Below are positions 1-8,312 of a stretch of 58,931 bases of DNA, one piece after another; within the stretch, counting starts at the first letter, position 1; each line of letters starts with the position of its first letter. The DNA comes from Candidatus Latescibacterota bacterium. Its GTDB lineage: Bacteria; Latescibacterota; UBA2968. The notes beneath the pieces were generated by a model, which saw only the letters and a program-made list of their open reading frames with translations, was not told where the DNA came from and did not search any database. The translations under genes were made by a program, and so were the position numbers. The stretch lies in NCBI GenBank assembly GCA_038279365.1, contig JAYODI010000024.1, forward strand, positions 5,146 through 64,076, written 5' to 3'.

Positions 1-1
1 T

Positions 2-277
2 TTTGAACGCGATACAGACGGTAAGTCTTATGCCCAAATGGGTGCTGTGTGTGCGATGGTTGGATATTATAAAGAGGCGGCCTTGGTATATGAACGGGCA
101 AGGTCAATGGGATATGAGACGGTTGATGATTTAAACAATATGGGTGTCATCTATCATGCGTTGGGGCAATATGAAGATGCCGCTGGTGTTTTGCAACGTG
201 CCTTACAACTTGATCCACACCATATCGAAGCGCAGCGCAATTTGCAAGTGGTGCTTCAAAAAATGGATATGAACTAA
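2..277 (+). CDS. TPR-repeat protein, C-terminal part (open to the window edge)
   Basis: Frame is open from base 2. TPR-like repeats YKEAALVYERA and LNNMGVIYHALGQYEDAAGVLQRALQLDP. Confidence 0.8.
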   Translation, partial: FERDTDGKSYAQMGAVCAMVGYYKEAALVYERARSMGYETVDDLNNMGVIYHALGQYEDAAGVLQRALQLDPHHIEAQRNLQVVLQKMDMN

Positions 278-310
278 AAAAGTCGCCCACGTGACTTCGT
301 TGGCGACTTT
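276..310. terminator. Probable bidirectional intrinsic terminator
   Basis: Inverted repeat aaagtcgcc/ggcgacttt with an A tract, between convergent genes. Confidence 0.6.
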
Positions 311-333
311 GATCTGCTTGGTGGTCGATGGCG

Positions 334-750
334 TTAGGTGAGTTCGTTTTGAAAGAATTCGATGACTTCACCGTCTGGGCCTTTGCAAAAAGCAATGCGC
401 ACGGGTGTGATGTGCGGTTTACTGGGTATGTCTAAGCTTTTGGGCTCCATGGTGACTTCAGCTCCTGCTGCACGGGCACGTTCTAATGCTGCGTCGCAAT
501 CATTTGTGCGAAGAGCAAAGTGGATAATCGATCCTTCTGGTTTGGGGCCATTTTTGCCATTGGCAAATATTTCCATATAATTACCATCGCCTGCATCGAG
601 CATAATGGCGCGTTTGTCGCCTTCACCCCAAGCAATTTTTTGGGTAAAGCCGAGTGCTTCTGTATAAAATTTAACGGATGCCTCAAAATCATATGCACGA
701 ATGGCCACGTGGTGAAAGCCACCTCCACCAATGGTTTGGTTGGTACCCAT
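334..750 (-). CDS. VOC/glyoxalase-family protein
   Basis: Metal-binding motifs FHHVAIRA, YMEIF, IIHFALRT and GPDGEVIEFF. Confidence 0.9.
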   Translation of the reverse strand: MGTNQTIGGGGFHHVAIRAYDFEASVKFYTEALGFTQKIAWGEGDKRAIMLDAGDGNYMEIFANGKNGPKPEGSIIHFALRTNDCDAALERARAAGAEVTMEPKSLDIPSKPHITPVRIAFCKGPDGEVIEFFQNELT

Positions 751-920
751 TTTTTCTCCTCATTGATTTTGTTGTTTGGTCTTGTCTGGCCTCAAGATAT
801 GTTTCTCTAACAAATCTGCAAGAAGAATATCTGTCTTACGTTGTCAGGGTGGACGTTGTCTACATTTTTGGATATGTTTGCTTAAGGTCGTATTTGGATT
901 TGTTGGTGAATGAGGAGACA

Positions 921-1349
921 ATGATTATGAAACCGGTGGTTGTTTATGATGGAGAATGTCGGTTTTGTACATGGAGCATGAATCGCATCCAAAAGTTAGA
1001 CAAACAAGATCAGTTTGCCTATTTACCACGCCAAGCTCCTGGAATTGAGTCGCGATTTCCGAAGTTAGCCGATTCGGATTTTAACACGGGCATGCGGTTG
1101 ATTGTGACAGATGATGAGATTTATGTGGGCGCAGACGCAGTTTATCAAATATATCGTCGTTTGCCACCTTTCCATTTTGTGGCGTGGGTATATCGTGTGC
1201 CCATTTTGCATTGGGTTTTTCGGGGGGGGTATGCGCTTATTGCCAAATATCGCCATTTGTCTGGGCGTGTGACCTGTGATACCAGTGCGTGCGATTTGTC
1301 ATTTGGCGCGCGTCAGGCTGTGACTGAGGAACAAAATAAAACGGTGTGA
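921..1349 (+). CDS. DCC1-like thiol-disulfide oxidoreductase (DUF393)
   Basis: N-terminal VVYDGECRFC motif and C-terminal Y-x-LIA-x-YRH. SD gaggag precedes ATG 921/927. Confidence 0.85.
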   Translation: MIMKPVVVYDGECRFCTWSMNRIQKLDKQDQFAYLPRQAPGIESRFPKLADSDFNTGMRLIVTDDEIYVGADAVYQIYRRLPPFHFVAWVYRVPILHWVFRGGYALIAKYRHLSGRVTCDTSACDLSFGARQAVTEEQNKTV

Positions 1350-1374
1350 TTGGTGCAAAAAGGATGAAAATAAG

Positions 1375-1409
1375 AAAAAACGCTATCGATGATTCGATGG
1401 CGTTTTTTT
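1375..1409 (+). terminator. Intrinsic terminator
   Basis: aaaaaacgctatcga-tgat-tcgatggcg-ttttttt. Confidence 0.75.
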
Positions 1410-1514
1410 ATGGAATAATTTCGCCTCTTTTGCATCTTATATTTGATAATGAAATTTGTCACAGGTCTTAAGTCGCGGTTTGTTCCCAAAAGCTTTTGAG
1501 ATTTTCTTGCGATT

Positions 1515-1556
1515 TGTGACCTGTGACCTGTGACCTGTGACCTGTGATCTGTGATT
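1515..1556. repeat. Heptamer tandem repeat (TGTGACC)x4 plus 2 degenerate copies
   Basis: tgtgacc at 1515, 1522, 1529 and 1536; tgtgatc at 1543; tgtgatt at 1550. Confidence 0.9.
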
Positions 1557-1562
1557 TTATCT

Positions 1563-3653
1563 ATGAACGAACTTGACGACATTCTCAAAGCCCAAGTGGG
1601 AGATCGTGAGGCATTTGGCCGTATTGTGATGCGCTATCGCGATCTTGTGTATGGCATTTGTTATGGGATGACGGCACAGGGTGTCGATGCCGAAGACTTG
1701 ACACATGAAGCATTTGTTGAAGCATTTTTAAAGTTGCATAGTTTGCGCGAACCCGAGCGTTTTGCTGGGTGGTTGCGCACACTGACATCGAATGTGTGTC
1801 GGATGTGGCATCGGCAAAAAAAACGTGAATATTTGGATGTATGGTCAGATAAATCTTTGGACGATACGTCAAGGAAGATGCCGTTAAATGGTTATTTTTC
1901 AAAGCTGTCCGAACCGCATCGTATGGCACTTGCTTTGCATTATTGGGAAGGGTTGTCATATGAAGAAATGGCGCGGTTTTTATCTATACCCATCGGTACT
2001 GTTATGAGTCGGTTAAGCCGAGCCAAACGAGCACTTAAAGATGTGATGGAACAAAGTGAGGATATGCATATGGTTGATGTGGAAGGACGTGATTTACAGG
2101 TGGAAGTGGATGCTGAAATTGATGTATTGCTTAAGCTTTTTGGTGAAGATGTGGATTCCATGGAGCGATTGAGCATCGTTTTAGAAAATTCACCCGACCG
2201 ATTTAGACAAGTGATTTGTCAAGTGGAAGATGGCGCAACTGTAGAGCAAGTGGGGATGTTGGTACGTCACTTTGGTCAATCTGCTGTTGAGGCAACTTTG
2301 GGATGCTATTTTGATGGTGATGTGCAAGACAAGGCCAAAGCTTTTGCTGTGTTGCAATTTTTGATTCATACTTGGGTTGGAAAAAATCCCGAAAAAACAT
2401 ACACGTTACCGATGGTGCCTGGGGCTTATTTGGTGTTGGATGCGGTTATGCAATCTGCACATTCTGTGGATGCACAAGTCGCGTTGCTGGTGGATCTCTT
2501 GGAATGCGCAGACGGCAGTGTGAGAATGGTTTTTGCGTGTGTATTGCGTGGTTATGAGACGACGGCATTTGATGTTTTGATGACACGTTTTCAAGAAATC
2601 ACAGATGTTGGTATTTGTCACAAGGCTGAGGGTTTTTTGAGTGCTTTACGGTTTTTTGGCAGTCGTTTTTTAAAAGATATTTTGGCTTTTTTGCGCAGTG
2701 AAGACCCTCATACCATTCGGTTGGGGCTTCAGGGTGCTGGGGGGGTAGCGGGTGTGTTGGATAAAGCTTGGGTAGATTCACAATCTGCGCAGGCAAGAAC
2801 GTTGGGCCGGCGTACACAGGGTTTGTTATTTGCCGATCAAATGGATGGAGAAGTTTTAAGCGAAATGACAAATCGCATTTCTGATTTGGTTTCTCATCCC
2901 AAACAAGACATTCGCATTTGGGCCATTGATCTTTTGAAATCTTTGCCCTTGGGTGTTCACTTGGTCAAATTGCGTACTTGTTTGTCTGCTCAAGATCAAG
3001 AGACACAAGTTGCGGCGATGCGTACGCTGGCCGAATTGGGAGATCGCGGGTGTGTTCAAATTTTAATTGACGCAGCTAAAACGCGTGAAGGACTGGTTTT
3101 GCGCAAGACCATTGAGGCCTTGGGGCATTTGCGTGCGCCAGAAGCACAACCGCTTATGGAAGCATTGCTCAATCATACAGATCGTGGTATACAAGAGGCT
3201 GCCATTTTGGGGTTGGGCAATGTGGGCAATGAAGATGCGCGTCGCAAGCTTCGAGAGATGACGGCTTCTTCAGACAAAAAGATTGCGCGATTGGCTGCAC
3301 GTGCGATTTATGGTGGCGATCAATATCGACACAGACCAAAATCATCGGCCCTCACACGTGCTCGTTTGCAAAAGATTCGCGGAGATGCACGGCCAGATCC
3401 AATGCTCCATCGGTCGGTGGTGGCAGCTGTGAGATGTTTACCTGAGGTGCGTGTTTATGAAGAGATTGATTTGACACGTCGCATCGCCAAGGTATGTGGT
3501 GATTATTCGACCACGCGACGCCACCTTGTTTCTGGGCGAGATCGGTTGATGACACGCGATCAGGGGCTTTACACGTTTACCCCATTAGGCGAAGCTGTGT
3601 GGCGTGTGGAACATTTTATTCAAGAACGGTTTTTGAGTTTGGAAAGATATTGA
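1563..3653 (+). CDS. ECF sigma-70 factor fused to HEAT repeats and a C-terminal DUF2087-like domain
   Basis: Sigma region 2 (GDREAFGRIV, DAEDLTHEAF, FAGWL) and region 4 (GLSYEEMARFLSIPIGTVMSRLSRAK). HEAT-like repeats around aa 440-590. C-terminal YEEIDL...DYSTTRRHLV...R..G.Y. Confidence 0.85.
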   Translation: MNELDDILKAQVGDREAFGRIVMRYRDLVYGICYGMTAQGVDAEDLTHEAFVEAFLKLHSLREPERFAGWLRTLTSNVCRMWHRQKKREYLDVWSDKSLDDTSRKMPLNGYFSKLSEPHRMALALHYWEGLSYEEMARFLSIPIGTVMSRLSRAKRALKDVMEQSEDMHMVDVEGRDLQVEVDAEIDVLLKLFGEDVDSMERLSIVLENSPDRFRQVICQVEDGATVEQVGMLVRHFGQSAVEATLGCYFDGDVQDKAKAFAVLQFLIHTWVGKNPEKTYTLPMVPGAYLVLDAVMQSAHSVDAQVALLVDLLECADGSVRMVFACVLRGYETTAFDVLMTRFQEITDVGICHKAEGFLSALRFFGSRFLKDILAFLRSEDPHTIRLGLQGAGGVAGVLDKAWVDSQSAQARTLGRRTQGLLFADQMDGEVLSEMTNRISDLVSHPKQDIRIWAIDLLKSLPLGVHLVKLRTCLSAQDQETQVAAMRTLAELGDRGCVQILIDAAKTREGLVLRKTIEALGHLRAPEAQPLMEALLNHTDRGIQEAAILGLGNVGNEDARRKLREMTASSDKKIARLAARAIYGGDQYRHRPKSSALTRARLQKIRGDARPDPMLHRSVVAAVRCLPEVRVYEEIDLTRRIAKVCGDYSTTRRHLVSGRDRLMTRDQGLYTFTPLGEAVWRVEHFIQERFLSLERY

Positions 3654-3661
3654 GGTGTATC

Positions 3662-4093
3662 ATGGATGAGACGATTACCGTAGAACAATTTAAAAAACGA
3701 TTGGTCGATTTGTTTGTGCGCAGTCGGCAGGAGAATTTGCCCAAGAAGTTTGAAGATCGACACATTTTGCTCAAGAGCATAGTGTTGGCCTATTTGGAAG
3801 TGGGACAAGACTATACAGAACGTGAAATCAATGCGGCCATTCAAGGGTGGATGATGACCATTGGTCGCGATTTGCGTGTGGATGTGTTTACCATTCGGCG
3901 AGAGTTGGTGGACCGTAAATATCTCGGGCGCGATAAGCGCGGTGCGTGTTATGAAGTAATTTTGGACGGTTATGGCTCTTCTCTTTTTGCGCCTGAGGTG
4001 GGTGCGGTCGATGTGATAGCAGTGATTGAAGAAGGTTGTGCAAAGGCCGAGGCACGTAAGCAGGTGTTTATGAAAAAACAAAAAACGGCTTGA
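3662..4093 (+). CDS. DUF2087-family protein
   Basis: LPKK...YTEREIN...DVFTIRRELVDRKYLGRDKRGACY. SD gaggtg precedes ATG 3662. Confidence 0.75.
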   Translation: MDETITVEQFKKRLVDLFVRSRQENLPKKFEDRHILLKSIVLAYLEVGQDYTEREINAAIQGWMMTIGRDLRVDVFTIRRELVDRKYLGRDKRGACYEVILDGYGSSLFAPEVGAVDVIAVIEEGCAKAEARKQVFMKKQKTA

Positions 4094-4118
4094 CACGTCT
4101 TGAGAGAATCTCTAAGTT
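4090..4118 (+). promoter_or_regulatory. Sigma70-type promoter for the trpS leader
   Basis: TTGACA(4090-4095)-17 nt-TAAGTT(4113-4118). Confidence 0.65.
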
Positions 4119-4166
4119 TTGTTTAGTGACTTGTGAATCCAGAGAACGAATTTGGAGATTTTGACG

Positions 4167-4295
4167 ATGATTTCTAGCAGACACCATACAGATGTTGCAA
4201 CGACTTGCGCCGTGCGCAATGTTGTTGTTTTGGGTGTGTCTGCCTCTGTTACGGGTTGGTGGTGGTCTGGTGATATATCTATAGGCCAACCGTAA
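4167..4295 (+). CDS. Trp leader peptide 1 (42 aa, WWW)
   Basis: SD ggag at 4154-4157. Peptide MISSRHHTDVATTCAVRNVVVLGVSASVTGWWWSGDISIGQP*, with TGGx3 at 4257-4265. Confidence 0.8.
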   Translation: MISSRHHTDVATTCAVRNVVVLGVSASVTGWWWSGDISIGQP

Positions 4296-4318
4296 CGGAA
4301 TTGTAAATACCAAAGTTT

Positions 4319-4357
4319 AAAAATCCGCCGTCGGTTGCCCGACGGCGGATTTTTTTT
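4319..4357 (+). terminator. Attenuator terminator 1
   Basis: aaaaatccgccgtcgg-ttgc-ccgacggcggat-ttttttt. The 5' arm and loop can alternatively pair with caaccg...cgga (4287-4299). Confidence 0.9.
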
Positions 4358-4408
4358 GCGATCAATTAAGGCGATGAGATTTTTAAGATACAGGTTTTTG
4401 AGGTGAGT

Positions 4409-4567
4409 ATGATGTTACAAAAATTTTATACAAAACAATTTGCAACAATCAGTCGATGGTGGTGGCAGGTAAAAGGCAAGGTTTGTCCACCACCGGATAT
4501 CAAGCGTTTATTTATGTGGTTTGCACCGCGCGCTACCGGAAGGTGGCGCGCGTTTTTTTATGGTTAA
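4409..4567 (+). CDS. Trp leader peptide 2 (52 aa, WWW plus 2 further W, and PPP)
   Basis: SD gaggtg at 4400-4405, ATG at 4409/4412. Peptide MMLQKFYTKQFATISRWWWQVKGKVCPPPDIKRLFMWFAPRATGRWRAFFYG*, with TGGx3 at 4457-4465. Confidence 0.75.
   Translation: MMLQKFYTKQFATISRWWWQVKGKVCPPPDIKRLFMWFAPRATGRWRAFFYG
4527..4559 (+). terminator. Attenuator terminator 2
   Basis: 11-bp stem cgcgcgctacc-GGAA-ggtggcgcgcg followed by T7. Confidence 0.85.
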
Positions 4568-4661
4568 GCGAAGCTAATTTATTCTGTTCAGACAAGTTCA
4601 TTTTTCAATTTTTGTGGCATCGCAAATTAAAATGGGAGAGATTCCCCAAAGGAGATCCGTT

Positions 4662-5660
4662 ATGAATCGCACCATTGTTTTGACAGGAGATCGTCCTACT
4701 GGGCGTTTGCATTTGGGACATTATGTGGGTTCGTTGAAGAACCGATTTGAAATGCAAGAGGATCATCAATGTTTTTTTATGATTGCCGATTACCAAGCAT
4801 TGACGACTCATCAAGAGCATACACAAGCGTTGGAATCATATGTAAGAGAGATGATATTGGATTATTTGGCGGCGGGTTTTGACCCCGAAAAGAGTGTGTG
4901 TTTTTTGCAATCTCAGGTGCCACAGCTTGCCGAGTTGACAATGATTTTGAGCAACTTGGTTTCTTTGCCCAGATTGTTGCGTAATCCAACCATTAAAGAA
5001 GAAATGGATAAGATGGGTTTAGACGACCGTGCGACATATGGGTTTGTGGGATATCCCGTGTCACAAGTGGCAGATATTTTGTTGTTTCGCCCACGCTATG
5101 TACCTGTTGGCCCCGATCAGCGGCCACATATTGAGTTGGCGCAAGATGTGGCAGAGCGATTTAATCGCTTATATGGCGATGTGTTTCCCATTCCAGAAGG
5201 TGTGTATGGCGAGCGACTGAAGGGCACTGATGGGATGCATAAAATGGGCAAGAGTTATAACAATGCCATTGACTTAACAGATTCTGAGGCGGGTGTTTTA
5301 ATGAAAGTGACGACAATGATGACCGACCCTGGGCGTGTGCGTGTTACAGATTCAGGATGCCCTGAGGTGTGCTCGGCATTTCATTATCGAGAAGTTTTTG
5401 ATGCGAGACAAGCCAATCGGGTTGCTGATGCCTGTCGGGCTGGAGCGATTGGGTGTACAACGTGTAAGGAGGATTTGGCACTGGTTTTAAATGATTTTTT
5501 GGCACCGTTTCGAGAACGTCGTGCTGCGTTTGAACAAAAGCCCAATTTGGTACGCGACATTCTTCATTTAGGATGTTCAAAAGCGCGCATTGAGGGACAA
5601 AGGACTTTGGAGAGGGTGAAAGAAGTGATGGGTTTGCGGTATGAAGGGTTATTGGGGTAA
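4662..5660 (+). CDS. trpS: Tryptophanyl-tRNA synthetase (TrpRS II-like)
   Basis: Motifs TGDRPTGRLHLGH, YPVSQVADI, VPVGPDQ and KMGKS. SD aaggag precedes ATG 4662. Confidence 0.95.
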   Translation: MNRTIVLTGDRPTGRLHLGHYVGSLKNRFEMQEDHQCFFMIADYQALTTHQEHTQALESYVREMILDYLAAGFDPEKSVCFLQSQVPQLAELTMILSNLVSLPRLLRNPTIKEEMDKMGLDDRATYGFVGYPVSQVADILLFRPRYVPVGPDQRPHIELAQDVAERFNRLYGDVFPIPEGVYGERLKGTDGMHKMGKSYNNAIDLTDSEAGVLMKVTTMMTDPGRVRVTDSGCPEVCSAFHYREVFDARQANRVADACRAGAIGCTTCKEDLALVLNDFLAPFRERRAAFEQKPNLVRDILHLGCSKARIEGQRTLERVKEVMGLRYEGLLG

Positions 5661-5727
5661 TGCTTCATCTCGTGCGGGGGCCATTTGAGCGATTTGCTCG
5701 CTGAGACCTCGCACGGGTAGGGCCGAA

Positions 5728-6309
5728 TTATTGTTCAATGCCCAATTCTTCAAATATCTTTTCCCACCGTTCGGGATGGCTTTCATGTGTGTTAAGTGGG
5801 CGAAATTGTGCGCGCAAATAAGATTTGATGGCGGCCAACCGCCAGTCGTCGGTGAGCAAGTAGGCTTTTTTATGACCGAGTTCTTTGATGCGGCGAAGTA
5901 CGACAGCATTTAGGAGATGTCCCAACCCTTTGCCGTGGTGTTCTGGTAGGGCGGCAACCATATGAACAAGACCTGTGTCTGGGCTTACCTTGTCACTTGT
6001 CCAGGCGCAGGTGCTGGCAACGGGGCTGTTTGCATAGGTGATAAAAAAAAGATTTTCAGGTTTGAATCGTTCATTGTGTGTGAGGCGTTCTCTGCATTTT
6101 TCTATGGTCCAATTTTCGCCCACCTGGCCTTCCATGATGCGACACCAAGCGGGTTCATCTCCTTTGCGATAGGTGCGTATGGCATACCCTTCAGGAATAT
6201 GTATGGGGGGCAGATCTTCTAAGTGGTCGCGAATCATTTCCAGTTGAGGACGTGGTGCTGTAGATATTGGGGGGGAGGGCAAAAGGAATGATTTGAGCCA
6301 ATTGAACAT
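5728..6309 (-). CDS. GNAT-family N-acetyltransferase
   Basis: Acetyl-CoA motif VAALPEHHGKGLG and AAIKSYLRAQF. Confidence 0.85.
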   Translation of the reverse strand: MFNWLKSFLLPSPPISTAPRPQLEMIRDHLEDLPPIHIPEGYAIRTYRKGDEPAWCRIMEGQVGENWTIEKCRERLTHNERFKPENLFFITYANSPVASTCAWTSDKVSPDTGLVHMVAALPEHHGKGLGHLLNAVVLRRIKELGHKKAYLLTDDWRLAAIKSYLRAQFRPLNTHESHPERWEKIFEELGIEQ

Positions 6310-6686
6310 AGTATTTTCCCTTAATTGATGCCACGCAAATAAAGTCACGCATTTCAACCATTTGAAATGCACGAAGGCATTGCAAATCCTTTGAATCAAA
6401 ACGTTGTCTACACAAGTTTTGTGGTGTTTGTAAACGCGTGTGTTTTGCCTGATAAACGGGTAGGAGAATGAAGGTCTTTTGCATAATGTATTAGACTGAT
6501 TTTGAATGATGGCCTATAATATTGATGGCTTGTATGTCTGTCAAGAACGAAGACGCGTTTTGTTGTTTGTCGATACCGGGTTGTTAAATGTGTCTTATGG
6601 CAATCTGTATGGAGATGATTTGGGCAATAGATTGTGGGTATTTGCACATGTTTTGTGAATGTCCGTTGTTATTGCCTTACTTTTTC

Positions 6687-6715
6687 TTGACAATTAAAAG
6701 GGCTTGTGATAAATT
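6687..6715 (+). promoter_or_regulatory. Sigma70-type promoter upstream of nqr
   Basis: TTGACA-17 nt-TAAATT, with TG immediately upstream of the -10. Confidence 0.55.
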
Positions 6716-6962
6716 AAGCGCGTTGTGGGCGGTTTTTGCGCTTTTCATTTGCTTATTTTCTAAGACCTTACGTCGTGTATTTCTTTTTTCACGGCTATTA
6801 AACAAAGTTTTGAAAATGAACCCGCTTTTTTTAAATATGCGGTCATTCGTAAATATGTCTTGATGGATGCAACTGTGTTGTGACCCAATGGGGTTGCGCG
6901 GGTTGCTTTTTTTATTGATGTAGCATCCATGCCCAACCCATTGTGAGGTTGATGAGGATCAT

Positions 6963-8312
6963 ATGGGACTGACAAGAATTAAAAAAGGTTTCGATTTGCC
7001 AATTGCTGGCACGCCCAACCAATCTACCATCCACACCAAAAATGTGACGTCTGTTGCCCTTTTGGGTGAAGACTATATTGGTATGCGCCCCACAATGCTG
7101 GTGCAACCTGGCGATAAGGTAAAGTTGGGTGATGTGGTTTTGGTTGATAAAAAGATGGAAGGTGTTAAGTATACAGCACCAGGGTCTGGCGAAGTTGTGG
7201 CCGTCAATCGAGGTGCCAAGCGCGCATTTTTGTCGCTTGTTATACGGCTTGAAGGCAATGACGAAGTAGAATTTGGCGCACATTCAGATGATGCCTTAGC
7301 AAATTTGGATCGCGAGACTGTCAAAACACAGTTGATCGATTCTGGTCAATGGACGGCTTTGCGAGCAAGGCCTTTTAGCAAAGCCGCTGACCCTAAGGGG
7401 GTGCCTCATTCTATTTTTGTTAATGTTATGGATACCAATCCGTTGGCGCCGGCAATGGCCCAAGTGATTGCCGGACAGGAGCAAAATTTCTTAAGAGGGT
7501 TGCAAATCGTCTCAAAGTTAACGGATGGGGTGATTTTTGTTTGTAAAGACCCAGATCTAAAATTGCCTCAAATAGATGTAGATCGGGTTCAGGTTGAAGA
7601 ATTTTCTGGCCCTCACCCTGCGGGTTTGGTGGGCACGCACATTCACTTCTTAGACCCTGTTTCTCGTGGCAAAGTGGTTTGGCATTTGGGTGTACAAGAT
7701 GTGATTGCTTGGGGGCATTTGTTTGCCACAGGGCATATTCTGACAGATCGCATTGTTTCTATTGCCGGGCCTACGGTGAAACATCCCCAGTTGGTGAAAA
7801 CACGATTGGGTGCCTCGTTGACCGATTTGGTAGAGGGTGAATTGGTTGATGTTGAAAACCGAATTGTGAGTGGGTCGGTTTTGTCGGGGCGTAAAAGTGA
7901 CGATGCCCGTTGTTATTTGGGGCGCTATCATCAACAGGTTACGGTTTTAGAAGAAGGTAGAAAACGTGAGCTTTTAGGTTGGTTGGGCCCTATGTTTGAT
8001 GTGGTAACCATTAAAAACCTGGCACTATCTAAGTTGTTTTTTGGTAATAAGTTTAATCTGACGACCAGCACAAATGGCAGTCGGCGCTCCTTGGTTCCTC
8101 ATGGCAATTACGATGAAGTCGTCCCTTTGGATATTTTACCAACGTTCTTAATTCGGGCTTTGGCAACATACGATATTGAGGGTGCGGAAAAACTGGGTAT
8201 CTTAGAACTGGATGAGGAAGATTTGGCACTGTGCACGTTTTCTTGCACGTCCAAAATGGATTTTGGACCTTTGTTGCGTGAGAACCTCACCATTTTTGAA
8301 AAGGAAGGTTAG
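6963..8312 (+). CDS. nqrA: Na+-translocating NADH:quinone reductase subunit A
   Basis: [44 protein letters not shown], and EKEG at the end. Confidence 0.95.
   Translation: MGLTRIKKGFDLPIAGTPNQSTIHTKNVTSVALLGEDYIGMRPTMLVQPGDKVKLGDVVLVDKKMEGVKYTAPGSGEVVAVNRGAKRAFLSLVIRLEGNDEVEFGAHSDDALANLDRETVKTQLIDSGQWTALRARPFSKAADPKGVPHSIFVNVMDTNPLAPAMAQVIAGQEQNFLRGLQIVSKLTDGVIFVCKDPDLKLPQIDVDRVQVEEFSGPHPAGLVGTHIHFLDPVSRGKVVWHLGVQDVIAWGHLFATGHILTDRIVSIAGPTVKHPQLVKTRLGASLTDLVEGELVDVENRIVSGSVLSGRKSDDARCYLGRYHQQVTVLEEGRKRELLGWLGPMFDVVTIKNLALSKLFFGNKFNLTTSTNGSRRSLVPHGNYDEVVPLDILPTFLIRALATYDIEGAEKLGILELDEEDLALCTFSCTSKMDFGPLLRENLTIFEKEG

Noticed and set aside
678-920. Long N-terminal extensions given by the track (also 9432, 12945, 18663, 23546, 39173, 54944)
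   Set aside because: They overlap neighbouring genes or terminators. Downstream starts fit the domain boundaries and in most cases have SD sites or stop/start overlaps.
1515-1556. Possible CRISPR array
   Set aside because: 7-nt units with no spacers and no cas genes.
4100-4660. T-box riboswitch upstream of trpS
   Set aside because: No T-box consensus (AAnnnGGGTGGnACCGCG) or recognisable Stem I. The TGG runs are in frame in SD-led ORFs, which fits peptide attenuation instead.
4456-4665. Track ORF of 69 aa and extended trpS start at 4614
   Set aside because: No SD or recognisable motif. The SD-supported frames are leader 2 and ATG 4662.
6632-6649. Rex-like operator ttgtg-N8-cacat upstream of nqr
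   Set aside because: Several mismatches to TTGTGAA-N4-TTCACAA in TG-rich DNA, so likely chance.
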